From an uncultured Methanoregulaceae archaeon (lineage in GTDB: Archaea; Halobacteriota; Methanomicrobia; Methanomicrobiales; Methanospirillaceae): a stretch of 64,000 nucleotides of DNA. This document shows positions 30,839 to 42,725 of the stretch, piece by piece. The position numbers and the translations under genes are program-made. Every line of letters starts with the position of its first letter. Position 1 is the stretch's first letter. The notes beneath the pieces were generated by a model, which was not told the origin of the DNA, did no database searches, and worked only from the letters and a program-made list of their open reading frames with translations. The DNA lies in the NCBI GenBank assembly GCA_963737635.1, contig CAVTTL010000001.1, positions 1,632,001 to 1,696,000 of the forward strand, written 5' to 3'.

Positions 30839-31795
30839 TCAATTTGACTCTAACGAACAGCTCCCTGTTGCGGGTTCTTTGGATTTTATTGTAAAGTATA
30901 TACGATATTTATATCCAATTTTTGGCCGATAAATAACCCACTCCATCAGATTATCCTTCCAAATGGGCATAACCTTCTGGTTCTTATACATCATCTCGCT
31001 ACTCCACATTCTTTCATCGGAAAAATCTCTTACTTCAATATCAAGAATGTCACCCGTTGCATCTGGTCTAATTGGTGAGGTGATTATGTGCGTTTTTTTC
31101 AGTTCTCCTTCGAGTTTTGCACGGATTCTGAGCTTTTCTGTGACGGCATTTATCGTGACTTGCACCCAATCAATATCTCCTCTTAATGCAAATTCGAAAG
31201 CTTTTGCATGATATTTAATTCGGATGTCACGTGTTTCTTGCGGTGGCGCATGAACTGGAAATTTAACTTCGAATTGGTTATCTAACTTATCCTGATAATC
31301 TGGGGAAGTTCCGGCGTGATATTTAACATCCTCTATAGTGTAATTCATTTTTTTCCCATCTTTACAAAATTCTATACTTTCAAAAGTTGGGTTAGGTGTG
31401 ATTGGATCAAATGAATTGTTAAATTGATAGAGATTGTAGTTATGTTGCATATTATTCCGGATTACCCGAACTTCTTCCATAAGAGTTCCATTTTCTTGGG
31501 AATGCTCATCAAAATACAAATTTTTTTCAAAATTTAAGATTGTAATATCATGTGCTACACAATCATCAATTCTTAATTCGTCGAGCTCCTTAACAAATGT
31601 TCTAACATAGAGCAAGAACGTTAAAATCATAAAACCCAAAAGAAATGCAACAATATAGAGAATTTTTGTAGATAGATCAAGAGAATAAACACAACTTGTA
31701 AGTAATGATATTAGGGCAACTATAATGAGAACTAGTATGAAGATAAGATTCGTTTTGATGGTGGAATATAACCATTTCAATCTATGGGGGTACAA
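30839..31795 (-). CDS. AT-rich hypothetical protein, 2 TM helices plus beta-rich soluble domain
   Basis: 318-aa ORF; true start may be ATG 31840 with an indel. Confidence 0.7.
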   Translation of the reverse strand: MYPHRLKWLYSTIKTNLIFILVLIIVALISLLTSCVYSLDLSTKILYIVAFLLGFMILTFLLYVRTFVKELDELRIDDCVAHDITILNFEKNLYFDEHSQENGTLMEEVRVIRNNMQHNYNLYQFNNSFDPITPNPTFESIEFCKDGKKMNYTIEDVKYHAGTSPDYQDKLDNQFEVKFPVHAPPQETRDIRIKYHAKAFEFALRGDIDWVQVTINAVTEKLRIRAKLEGELKKTHIITSPIRPDATGDILDIEVRDFSDERMWSSEMMYKNQKVMPIWKDNLMEWVIYRPKIGYKYRIYFTIKSKEPATGSCSLESN

Positions 31796-32084
31796 AAAAG
31801 CACCTTACTTTGGAATCTAATTTTTACCCTTCTCTGGCATTGTAACATATCTCCACATACAGTATAGATATCTGCTAGAGATATAAAAAGTTGGTTAACG
31901 GGCGTATTTTTTACTTCTCCGCTCTTACCGTGCCCAAAATAGGGTCACAATGCCTTTTTACTCCGCGCTTTCTCATAATTTTACTTATGATACAACATAT
32001 GATCTCATTCGTAAAATGTGTAGGGATAGTAAATAAAACAGTAATTACAGTAACATTTATATCAGTAAAAGTCGTACAAAATGA

Positions 32085-32852
32085 GTGGTAGAAAGGAGTG
32101 CTAAAATGAAAGTTGGTACGTATGAAATACCTGATTACAGATTAATCCCGACAATGATTGAATCAACAAAAATAATTTATGACAAGTTTAAGGGAGAAAA
32201 CGCTCCTGATAACTTAACTGTGGCAAACTTACTAGGTCACAAATCAGTGAGTGGCTCTCTTCTCACAAAACTTGGCAACCTTAGAAGTTATGGGTTAATT
32301 GAGAAACGTGGAATTAAAGTCACGGAACTAGGAAAAAACATTACATATCCTATAAATGAAGAGGCAAGAGATGAGGCTATAAGACAAGCTATTTTGAATA
32401 TCCCGTTATGGGCGGAATTATATAGAAAGTTTGGAGTAAACTTACCGAGAGAAAACTTTTGGGTGGATTTAAAACAAATTACGGGTTTAGAAGCCCCAGA
32501 ATCGCAAAAACTCGCCGATATGGTTCGGAATTATTATATAGACGACACAAAATATCTTAATATTGTCGAGAAATCCGTCCCGCCCGCAGATTCAAAATCA
32601 CAACAAGCGCGCGCAGAGGATACGAACGATAGAAAAGATGTTATGGACACATTGCAAGTCAATCTAAAATCTGGGACGATCCCCTTCACACAGTTCCAGT
32701 TTGGAGAATCTAAAGTTGTAATTGCAGACAGAGCGCACTTGGACATTATCAGTGGTTTCCTTTCAAATTTGAAGGACACCTTAGACAAACAAAACATCCC
32801 ATTGGGAAAACCAGAGTGCAAACCAGAAGGAACGAAAGAAAACAAAATCTAA
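32085..32852 (+). CDS. AT-rich hypothetical protein with winged-helix-like N-terminus
   Basis: VANLLGH...KLGNLRSYGLIE..GIKVTELG pattern; TTTATA box at 32056-32061. Confidence 0.7.
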   Translation: MVERSAKMKVGTYEIPDYRLIPTMIESTKIIYDKFKGENAPDNLTVANLLGHKSVSGSLLTKLGNLRSYGLIEKRGIKVTELGKNITYPINEEARDEAIRQAILNIPLWAELYRKFGVNLPRENFWVDLKQITGLEAPESQKLADMVRNYYIDDTKYLNIVEKSVPPADSKSQQARAEDTNDRKDVMDTLQVNLKSGTIPFTQFQFGESKVVIADRAHLDIISGFLSNLKDTLDKQNIPLGKPECKPEGTKENKI

Positions 32853-32868
32853 TTTATTAAAAACAAGT

Positions 32869-32956
32869 GCCGGGATCGCCAAGTTTGGCATGGCGGCTGA
32901 CTTATAATCAGCTAATCCCCCCAAGGATTTCGTGGGTTCGAATCCCACCCCCGGCG
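32869..32956 (+). tRNA. class II tRNA with Ser-type body and UAU (Ile) anticodon
   Basis: Acceptor GCCGGGA/CCCCGGC plus G73, D-stem GCC/GGC, anticodon stem GCTGA/TCAGC with loop CTTATAA, variable stem AATCC/GGATT, T-arm GTGGG-TTCGAAT-CCCAC. Confidence 0.9.
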
Positions 32957-33759
32957 TTAATAGATTATAGTTCTCAGCTAAGAAAAATCTTTCTGTGTTA
33001 TCCTGTTTCTTTTGGTCGTGTTACTTTCTCCATATCCCGCGGAATATCCTACCGGTAAAAAGTCTGTTGAAGTAACAAATTCTGATAAGGTAGAACTCGA
33101 CAATGCGTTTGAATTGAAATAATAATTTGTTTCGATCCAAATATTATTTTCGTTCTTTTAGTAGTCATTAGTAGTTGCGTGATACTGCTCTGAAATTCGT
33201 GTAAAATCGTTCAATTCCTTCAAATAGTGTTTTAAAGCTGTTCGTTTATCTGAGCGTCCGCCGGCTCTTTTTTGTATTTCCCGCCGGGGATTGTGGGAAG
33301 AACATGTGTACCCCTGTCAGACGACACAATGACTGCCGATATTCTCGGCCTGTTTTTCGGGCAGTATAACACCGCCCCGGGACCCTCAATCCGCAGCAAA
33401 TCCTTGAGCTCTGCAACCGCCATGTCCCTCCGAAACATCCCACGGTGACGGCGATAGTCAGGCTTCACCTGTACAGGCATCAGACTTCGCCGACCTCTGC
33501 CCTCGATCAACGAGAAAAGGTCGGGTACTATGTTGTAGCGTAAAATGGCATCGTGTCCTTTGAGGTGCGCATGGATGTGGTCCCCCGTCCTTTTATATAA
33601 GGAGATACACGTTTTTTGATCTGTGACGCGAGGATCGGAACCCCGCACGCGTTCTTCTTTCAACGAGCGAGCCCGATGTCCCACTGTATCCAACATATTT
33701 TATTTTCCGCATCGTTGAACCATCCATAGCCTCTATATTATCGAATTTCACAATGTAAT

Positions 33760-34164
33760 TTGATAAGCATGGTATGGATCCAGATATATGATGAGATTGG
33801 GGTAATAAACGATGAAATGATAGAGAAGATCTGTCCTGATACCCCTAAACAATATAAGGAATGGTTTAAGTTTTACGCGTATATTAATGGAGAACCGTAT
33901 TTAATTCATTCTGAGGATTTGCCTCGCAGAATTAATGAAACTATTCAAATAACGGCAGAAATTGTTCCGAATTGTAAAACGGATTTTAATGAAAAACAAG
34001 AAGCATATGAAGAAGCCTTCAAAAACGCTTACTCAGAAATTTATGACGAGGAAAGGAAGATCTTCTCGAAAATAATGTCTGTACTTTTCGAGGCAAAGAA
34101 AACAGACAACAACCAGATCATTAATTTCAGAGATGAGCTTCTCCAAGCGAAAAGTCACGAATGA
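33760..34164 (+). CDS. AT-rich hypothetical protein
   Basis: 134-aa ORF in AT-rich DNA. Confidence 0.55.
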   Translation: MISMVWIQIYDEIGVINDEMIEKICPDTPKQYKEWFKFYAYINGEPYLIHSEDLPRRINETIQITAEIVPNCKTDFNEKQEAYEEAFKNAYSEIYDEERKIFSKIMSVLFEAKKTDNNQIINFRDELLQAKSHE

Positions 34165-34340
34165 TTGACATTTTTTTGACCGGTCAATCCGGCACCATGC
34201 CCCGGCACTCCGGGGAGTACCGCCACAGGATCATGCTCCATGCCTGCTCCTCTTTCTTTGTTTAACACGATGCTTTACACCACACTATCTCTCCCGCCCG
34301 GGGAGAAGTTATCACCGATCAACGCCAACAGGATAATCCC

Positions 34341-34893
34341 ATGATTCTGGTGGACTGGCAGCTCCGGGATCGCATCTCCCGCGGCCATATCAGGATCGAT
34401 CCTTACGATCCACATCTGGTACAGCCCAATTCGATCGATATCCGGCTTGGTAACCACTTTGTCTGGTACACTCCGGGTAACCAGGTCATCGATCCGTACG
34501 ACAAAGCAAGCGTGACTGCCGATGTTGGCGAGACACACGCAGATTCTTTCGTTCTCATGCCGGGTCAATTCGTCCTTGCCGAGACTCTCGAATGCATCGG
34601 CCTACCCGACAACATCGTCGCTACCATCGAAGGAAAATCAAGCATCGCCCGGCTCGGCGTCACGCTCCACCAGACCGGCGGCTGGATAGATGCCGGCTTC
34701 CGGGGCACTATTACCCTCGAGATGGCAAACGTGAACGCACGGCCGGTCAAGGTCTACGCGGGCATGCCGGTTGGCCAGGCTCGTTTTCTACACGACTGAG
34801 CGGGCAGAGAATCCGTACGACAAAAAGACCGATGCCAAGTATCTCGATCAGCAACAGGCTACGCTCTCCCGGTACCATGAGAATAAGAAATAA
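34341..34893 (+). CDS. dcd: dCTP deaminase, frameshift near 34775
   Basis: [34 protein letters not shown]-terminal AKY..Q in another frame. Confidence 0.92.
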
Positions 34894-35006
34894 GGGCATA
34901 TTGTACCCATATCCCCCAAACCACTGGATAACCGGTGGGCAATGAGGGTATATACCTTAAGAACCCATTTTATACGAATAAATCGTTCCGGAGTGGAGAT
35001 GAAGCA

Positions 35007-36852
35007 ATGCGACTTCTTCTGATACATTCAGATTACATCGAATACGAAGCAAAAAAGAAGACGAAGATGGCAGAGGAGGGAGCCGTTCTCGCAGACCGCG
35101 AGGAAGACGCGCTTACCGTCTTTGCCGCAGTTGAGTCCGTCGATGAAGAAGACCTTGAGGGCGTCATCCTCCAGGCTGTTGAGGAAGTAAAAAAGACCGC
35201 TGCACAGGTGAAAACGGACAAGATCGTCATTTACCCGTACGCTCATTTGTCAAACGATCTTGCCCGGCCAGAAGTGGCAGTACCCGTTTTGAATGCCCTT
35301 AAAGAAGGACTTGCCGCAGAAGGATTCGCCGTGAAACGTGCACCGTTTGGCTGGTACAAATCCTTCAAGATCTCCTGTAAAGGCCACCCGCTTTCCGAGC
35401 TTTCAAAGACGATTCTTCCCGGTGAAGAAGGAGAGGCAGTTTCAAAGAAGCTCGGCAAGAAAGAGGTCACCCATGACTGGTTTGTCATAACCCCGGACGG
35501 CACAACCCACGATTATCACCAGTATCTCGATACTACGCCGTTTGGCTGTCTGGTAAAAAAGGAACTGGGTGTCGCTGAACCGACCGGCGGCGAGCCGGCC
35601 CATGTGGATCTGATGCGGGCTAAAGAGGCTCGTCGATTACGAGCCGGCCAGCGACGTCGGATGCCTGCGCTGGATGCCCAAAGGCAAACTCATCCGCGAT
35701 CTTCTGGCCGATTATGTTCTTGCCATTGTCCTCCCCTACGGCGCGACCCCGGTCGAGACGCCGGTCATGTACGACCTTGGCGACAAAGCTATCTACGAAC
35801 ACGCGGACAAGTTTGGCGAACGGCAGTACCGGTTCAAAAGCAACAACCGGAATATGATGCTCCGGTTTGCTGCATGCTTTGGCATGTTCTCGATTATGCG
35901 GGACATGCATATCTCGAAAAATACCCTTCCTTTAAAGATGTACGAACTCTCCACGTACTCTTTCCGGCACGAACAGAAAGGTGAAGTGATCGGCTTAAAA
36001 CGCCTGCGTGCGTTTACCATGCCCGATATGCACTCGCTCTGTACCGATATGCCAGAGGCAATGAAGTGCTTCGAAGAGCAGCTTGCCATTGGCTGGCAGA
36101 CCGGCCGGGACTTCGAGACCCAGCTCGTCGCTGCATTCCGGTGCACAAAAAAGTTCTATGACGAGAACGAAGCATGGGTTAAGAAGATCGTAAAAGACTC
36201 CGGCTGCCCGATGCTTATCGAGATCCTTTCCGAGCGCGTCCATTACTGGGAAGCAAAGATCGACCTCGCAGTTATCGACGGCCAGAACCGCCCGATCGAG
36301 AACCCGACCGTTCAGATCGATGTCGAGAGCTCGACACGGTTCAATATCAAATACTTCAAGGACGATGGTACCCCGGTATACCCGCCTATCCTCCACTGCT
36401 CCCCGACCGGCAGCGTAGAGCGTGTGATCTGTGCGATTCTCGAAAACATCTCGACCCAGAAGGTCCCGGCACTGCCGACATGGCTCTCTCCGGTCCAGGC
36501 CCGTATCGTACCGGTTGCCGAGCGCCACACCCTATATGCGCAGGATATTTGCACGAGCCTCAATTCACAGAACATCCGGTGCGATGTTGATGACCGGGAT
36601 GAGAGCGTGGGCAAGAAAATCCGGGAAGCCGGTATGGACTGGGTACCCTACGTGATCGTTATCGGTGATGAGGAAATGGGCAGTAAGAATCTCACCGTTA
36701 CCATTCGCAGGAAATCCGAGCCGAATAAGCCTTACAAGGAGCAGATGACGGAAGAGACCCTCGCGGCCGCTATAAAGAAAGAGATCGCAGGCAAACCCTT
36801 CCGACCGCTCTATACACCGCGCAAACTCTCCCTGAAAGCACGGTATATCTGA
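35007..36852 (+). CDS. thrS: threonyl-tRNA synthetase (archaeal), frameshift near 35627
   Basis: [34 protein letters not shown] editing domain; [26 protein letters not shown]. Confidence 0.95.
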
Positions 36853-36915
36853 TTTTCTTTCTTTTTTCCATCAGGATAATCTATTGATTCGAGTTCGATT
36901 TCGAAAGGACTATAA

Positions 36916-37497
36916 TTACCGGACCCGGGGCATGGTCACGATTTCCCGTACCTGGAGATCGAAGAAGCTTGCCGTGTGGGCCGGGCGGATCACACAGACC
37001 GAGTCCGCACCACTTCTCGTTCCGCCGATAGCGACGACTTCATTCTCGATACCGATCACGCCTTGGTCGGCAGCAATCAGCACGCACTCGACAGCAACCT
37101 TGAGGCCGCTTCCGACAATCTGGCGCAGAGCTTCCGCGATCGCTTCGGTCCGGGATCCGCCGCCAACCATGGGGGAGCGCGAGAGCGCTCGTTCAAGGCC
37201 GGAGAGGGCGAGGGTACCGGTCACGATTCTCACGCCCTGTTTCCGGAGCTCTTGTGCGGTTGCCTCCGAGAACTCCCACTCACCGGACTGTGAAAAGTGG
37301 GTGACGACCACGAGGGAGAGACCGGTGCCTTTCATCGCGCCAAAAAAAACCTGCGCTGTCTTCCCGGAGCTACTTGCGACTACGATGGTCGAAATCCCGA
37401 GTTCCTGTGCACGCCCGATGGCAAACCGAGCTGCGTCTGCGGTGTTTTCCGGGCCAGGTTTCTCAAAATAGTAGCAGGGTTTTGCAATAAATCCCAT
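36916..37497 (-). CDS. pyruvate-kinase C-terminal-like domain protein
   Basis: YFEKPGPENT, VVASSSGKTA, GLKVAVECVLIAADQG. Confidence 0.85.
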   Translation of the reverse strand: MGFIAKPCYYFEKPGPENTADAARFAIGRAQELGISTIVVASSSGKTAQVFFGAMKGTGLSLVVVTHFSQSGEWEFSEATAQELRKQGVRIVTGTLALSGLERALSRSPMVGGGSRTEAIAEALRQIVGSGLKVAVECVLIAADQGVIGIENEVVAIGGTRSGADSVCVIRPAHTASFFDLQVREIVTMPRVR

Positions 37498-37550
37498 AAG
37501 TCCTTTTTAATGAGCAGCCATGAAAAACTTTGTCAGATTATTGACCAGCT

Positions 37551-37630
37551 GGTTCTGTCAAGTCTGCGGGAGTTACAGAAATTCGATACGCCTGCTCGAA
37601 AGGGCAAACTGCTAAAGACTTGACAGAACC
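37551..37630. repeat. 80-bp element with perfect 15-bp terminal inverted repeats
   Basis: GGTTCTGTCAAGTCT at 37551-37565 and AGACTTGACAGAACC at 37616-37630. Confidence 0.8.
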
Positions 37631-37634
37631 GTCG

Positions 37635-40600
37635 CTAATCAGCCGGCCCGTTTCTCCACTTCCCCTGAGGGATGGACATCTCGAACCGTGAGCCTGCCCC
37701 GGGTACACCGGTTTCTTTTATCCTGATACCGGTTATGGCGAGGATATCCCGGACAAGAAACAGTCCGAGGCCCGACGTTTTCCCGGGACCGACAGAGGTG
37801 GTATAACCGCGTTCGAAGATCAGCTCTTTTTTGTCCTGCGAAATCCCCACGCCGTCATCCTCATACGTGAGTATACACCCGGTCTCGGACGGTGCAGGGT
37901 AAATCCGGATACGGCGGACGTGTACGCCGTGACGTAGGGAATTGTCGACGAGATTGTAGAGGACTTTGCAAAACATGGGGTCTGCAAAGACCGAAAAACC
38001 CGGTGACGGTTCCTCGAACACAATCGTTCCCAGATCGAAATGCGACCTGATTTCGGCAAGGACCGGTGAGATCGCCTGCCAGACCGGAGCCGTTCCACCA
38101 AGGGATTCATAATCCTTGGTAAATTCAATATGGTGCCGGATGGCTTCGGCAGCGGTTTCTGCTTTGTCTAAATACTCAATCAGGTGAGGGTCGCGCAGCG
38201 ATCCCCTCATGAGATCGAGATACCCCATGACCCCGGTAAGTTTATTCTGGATGTCGTGCCGGGTGATGCTGGTCAGGATCCCCAGTTTGTGGTTGGCATA
38301 GGCAAACGCTTCCATCGCCTGAACCCTGTCGGTAATGTCATACGCATAGATTCGTATGAGATCATACTCCGGGGAAGCACATATGGCCTCCTGGAACGAC
38401 CGCTCATTGAGATGTACTACCCGGGCAGCCACGATCGGTTTTTTCGTATCAGATGCTGTCACGATCTCATCGAAATCAGCCGGGAGAAAGGCAGCAGGAT
38501 CCTCCGCAAGACCAAGACCTGAAAGCACTGTGGTAGTTGCCGGGTTGGCATAGGTTATGGTGCGGTCGGGTTTGGCTTCTACGACCGGGTTGGGATTCAT
38601 ATCCGGGTAGGAGGCTAATTTCCGGATCTCGCGTTCCGCTCTGTTTTGATCCGTCAGATTCGTGATAACGGCAAGAACGTACTGCTCACCACGACTGTCC
38701 AGACGTGTCAGGGATATCCTTGTCTCAAGTGCCGCACCATCACACCTCGTGCCGATCCAGGGGAATACCTGTGTCGTTCCATTGCGGGCGGTCTCAAGAT
38801 ATTTCTGTGCGATCTCAGGAGATGGCTGCCCATCCGGTTGGTCCTTGGGTGCATAATCCGGCAGCACATGCCCGATAAGATCTTCACAGGAACAGGCAAA
38901 CAGCCGGGTCGCTGCGGTGTTGCAGTCGAGGATCCGGTCGCTTATGAGAAGGGCTGCGTCGGTCATGTTCTCAAAGACGGCCCTGTACCGCGCCCGTTCC
39001 TCCTCACATGCAGCCTCAGCCTGTCTGGACGCCTGGATATCGTAACAGGAACAGGTAAAGCAGGCTCCTGTCGAATCGGGAACACAGACCTCGCGGATCC
39101 ACCGGTATTCCCCGGAAGAGTGCCTGAGACGATACGCCGATTCCCACGTCTCCCCGTTTTCAGCATGTTTTCTCACTGATGTCTGGTAATGGTCGCGGTC
39201 ATCCGGATGAATGCCTTCCAGCCAGCCATTCCCCTCTTCCTGCTCAGGAGATCTCCCGGTGAACGCAAGCCACGCCTTATTGAAAAACCGGCTTTCACCG
39301 CCCGCACCGGATTGCCGAACAGGGTGGGAAAGGCCGTCAAGGATAGAGCTATCGTTAAATCCTGCTTCTGCACCCGTGTACCTGCGAGCTGTTTGGCTTC
39401 GGTAATGTCCCGGAGAATCAGGCAGAGCGCCTGCCTGCCTTCCTGATCCTGGAACCGGGCGCCCTCAACACCGGCATCAAACGACGTCCCATCCCCTTTT
39501 ATGAGTCGCAATTCCCCTTTGGCGCATCCCTTCTCTTCACACGTCCTTACGAGTTCGACAAACCGGGGATCTCCGGCACCGGCGAGCCCCGAGCCCCCGG
39601 TCGAACGGAGTGCCTCTTCTGTCCGGCCAAACAACTGGCATGCGGCCGGGTTTGCCGCAAGAATATCGCCTGCCGGTACCGTAATTATGACCGCTGTGCT
39701 CATTTTTTCGAAGAATGTGCGGTACTTTTGCCGGTCTGTTTCAAGAGAATCTGTCAACCGCTTCCGTTCGGTACCATCGGTGATGAAGACACCGATGCAC
39801 GTCCGGCCGTCTGTCTCATCCGGCATTTCCTGGAGGAATAGTTCTACCGGTATGCAGGTACCGTCTTTTTTCCGGATTGTTGTCTCGTAATGCTCGGGTT
39901 TTTTGCACGCAAGAACCTGCAGGAACCGATTCGTATCATCCGATGATGGACCGAGGAGCTGCGACAGCGCAAGCGCAAGCAATTCATCTTCGGTATAGCC
40001 AAGCAGGGTACAGAGAGCTGCGTTTACCGCCCCGGTGCTCCCGTCGGCATGGACCGCGGCAAACGGAAGGGCAGCAGACTCGATCCCGCCTGCAAGGAAC
40101 CGGGTACGTTCCCAACTCCCGTGACCTCCTCTGCCGGCGCGGCGCTGGAGTGTTTTTTTGTCGAGAAGATCGAGTGCGAAAGATACGGTGGTGCCAAGGT
40201 ATGCGAGCACATCTGCATCTTCCGTTGAAAATGCGTACGGTTCACCGGAACAAAGGGTAATGATACCTACGATCTCGCCTTTAAGCCGGAATGGCACGGC
40301 GGCTAACGACCGGTACCCTTCGCTGAGAGCCGCTTCACCCCACGGTTGTGCGGCGGAATCAGTTTTAACATCGCTGCAGACTGCAGGTGCTCCCGTGCGG
40401 AGGATGTCAGCTGCCAGACTGTACTCCTGATCAGCGTTGATCTCCGGGGAACCCTCGTTCGTTAACCCCTCCCCTGTTCGTGCATGTGCCACCGGCCGGA
40501 GGGTGCCGGCTGCGTGATCGAAGAGCCCGATCCATGCCATACGGATGGTATCGCCATCTACCGCGACCCGGCAGGTTTCAGAAAGCAGCGTTTCCAGGTC

Positions 40601-42552
40601 ACGGACCGTGGGGGCTCTCGCACCGACATGAGCACTAAGTGTGTAGATGCGGTTTGCTGCTTTTATTCTTAAGAGGGTCTTTGTGCGGGAGGTAATCTCC
40701 TGGACTACCCCGATTATCCCGATAACCTTCCCGGTACTGTCACGGAGGGGAGAGAAGATCGATCGGGTCCACCCCCCTTTACCTGAGCCCGGATACTCAT
40801 ACCGGGTATCCGGGGTTGCGACGATCTCTCCGGTAACGGCACGTGCTGCCGGTGAATCCGCACCCGTCTCCTGGAGAAAAGGCAGCATTCCGGCCAGGTG
40901 CTTTCCAAGCGCATCCCGGTCTGCGATGCCGGTAATATCTTCCATCGCCGGGTTCCAGCCCGTAATGGTCTGATCCGGAGTGCAGACGAAGATACCGTCG
41001 CGGGCGCCGGCAATGACCCCGCCCATGGTCAGGGCTGCCGTCTCAAGATCTGCCGTTTTCTTCACCTGTTCGGTGATGTCGGTGAGTGTAACGACCATCT
41101 GGTGAATGTTTCCCTCAGGTGCCTGGAGAGTTGAGCCGCCCATTGATATTGTTCTGTTCCCCTCGGGACCGAGGGAAAAGGGAGCGGCATGGATCCTGCC
41201 GGTTCTCACCAGTTCGTCGAGCGCCTGAGTGAACCGGGCCCGATCGTTGGTACTGATAAAATCAGCAAGAGACTTCCCGGTTATCTCATCTGCGGCACAT
41301 CTGAGGAGCTCAGCGCCTGCCCGGTTGATCCTGATCACCGTTCCCTCAGGAGCGAGGATAAGCTCGGCAAGTGGCGCCTGTTCGAAAAGATCTTCGGATA
41401 CCGTTAGCCTGTCCTTCCAGGATCCCCTTCTGCTCGTGTTCTTTGGTTACATCGTGGATGACGAGCCCGATCTTTTGTGAGGTGCCATCATCGATGACCC
41501 GCGCGGTCACTACCGCTTCCCGGATCCTGCCGTCTTTGGTCCGGTACGTGGTCCCAAAGGTTTTCTTACCTTCCTGCAGGATCTCAGGGATCGTTTCCCG
41601 GATCGTATGCGGCTCATCCGGAACTTCCCAGTCCTGCAGGCCAAGACCCGGGAACTCTTCACAGGTGTAGCCTACCTGGCGGCAGGCTTCGTCATTACAT
41701 TCGACAGGCTTGCCGGTCCCGGGGTCTATAATGAGCATCCCGTCGAAAGAGAGATCCAAAAGGAGCTGGTGCTGAACCGTGAGCCTGCGTACCTGATCGC
41801 TCTCTTTTTTTTCTTCGCTTCTATCCGCCAGCAATCCCTGCCCGCCAAGGAATCGTCCGTTTTCCACCCGGGGACTATACGATGCACGTACAATGTGCAA
41901 TTGCCCGTGGGCATCTGGCATCCTGAACTCAAACGATGCAGGCATGCCCTGTTTCATAGCGGCAAAATGGCGTGCAACTGACGGAATATCTTCGGCACAG
42001 ACCAGGATAGCAAAATCCTTGCCAGTCAGCTCTTTTGGATCGTAACCGAACCCGGTTATGGCGGGGCTTATGTAGGTGATTATTCCCTCTTCATCAAGGG
42101 TAAAGATAACCTCAGTGAGGTGCTCAACTAAGGTCCGGAGTTCCCGTTCTGCTGTATGGAGTGCCCGATCGCTCTGGCGCCGTGCGACAGCCGATCGTAT
42201 CTTTGTCTCCAGTTCCGCAACCTGGGTCCGGGGCGAACCTTTTTTCTGGACATAGAAATCAGCGCCGGAGTTGAGCGCTTCAATCGCTACCTCTTCCCCG
42301 CCATTACCAGTGAAAAGGATAAAGGGCATCCCGTTGCAGCGTGGCCGGAGGTATTTGAGAAGCTCAAGACCATCCATTTCCGGCATCAGGTAGTCGGCGA
42401 CTGAAGGCATGGTACTGTTCTGCCTTGAGTTTTTCGATCGCTTCGCGTGCCGAAATGGCAGTGTCGACGGTAAATTCGCCTCCCCGTTCCATGAAATTTT
42501 TGGTAGCTTCCAGGAGTGCCGATTCATCGTCAACGTATAAGACCGATATCAT
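37635..42552 (-). CDS. giant REC-multi-PAS-GAF histidine kinase broken by about 3 frameshifts
   Basis: ORFs 42364-42552, 41346-42533, 39173-41338, 37635-39176 form one domain series ending in TRHDIQNKL and GLGLFL. Confidence 0.8.
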
Positions 42553-42725
42553 GACTGCCTCCGGCAGCGCCGGATCAAAACCTTCACACTAGTTCCATCG
42601 TTTTTTAATCTACATAATGGTGTATGTCAGCCCTGCACCCCTTCCCGGACTGCAGCTTTCGGACCGGATCTCACAAAAAGGGAGGGAGAGAAACCAGGCC
42701 GATTGCCCATTCCTGCACGGGAAAG

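Noticed and set aside
32869-32956. tRNA as prophage attachment site, or as tRNA-Sec/Pyl
   Set aside because: No duplicated 3' end or integrase seen in the window; the fold is canonical 7/5 and the anticodon is TAT, not TCA or CTA.
33232-33696. 154-aa minus-strand ORF inside the island
   Set aside because: No recognisable motif or clear start signals; may be a remnant of small viral genes but cannot be supported.
35007-36852. Split thrS (editing versus catalytic domain) or programmed frameshift
   Set aside because: One extra G near 35627 restores [13 protein letters not shown]; essential gene, no slippery motif, and similar indels occur across the window.
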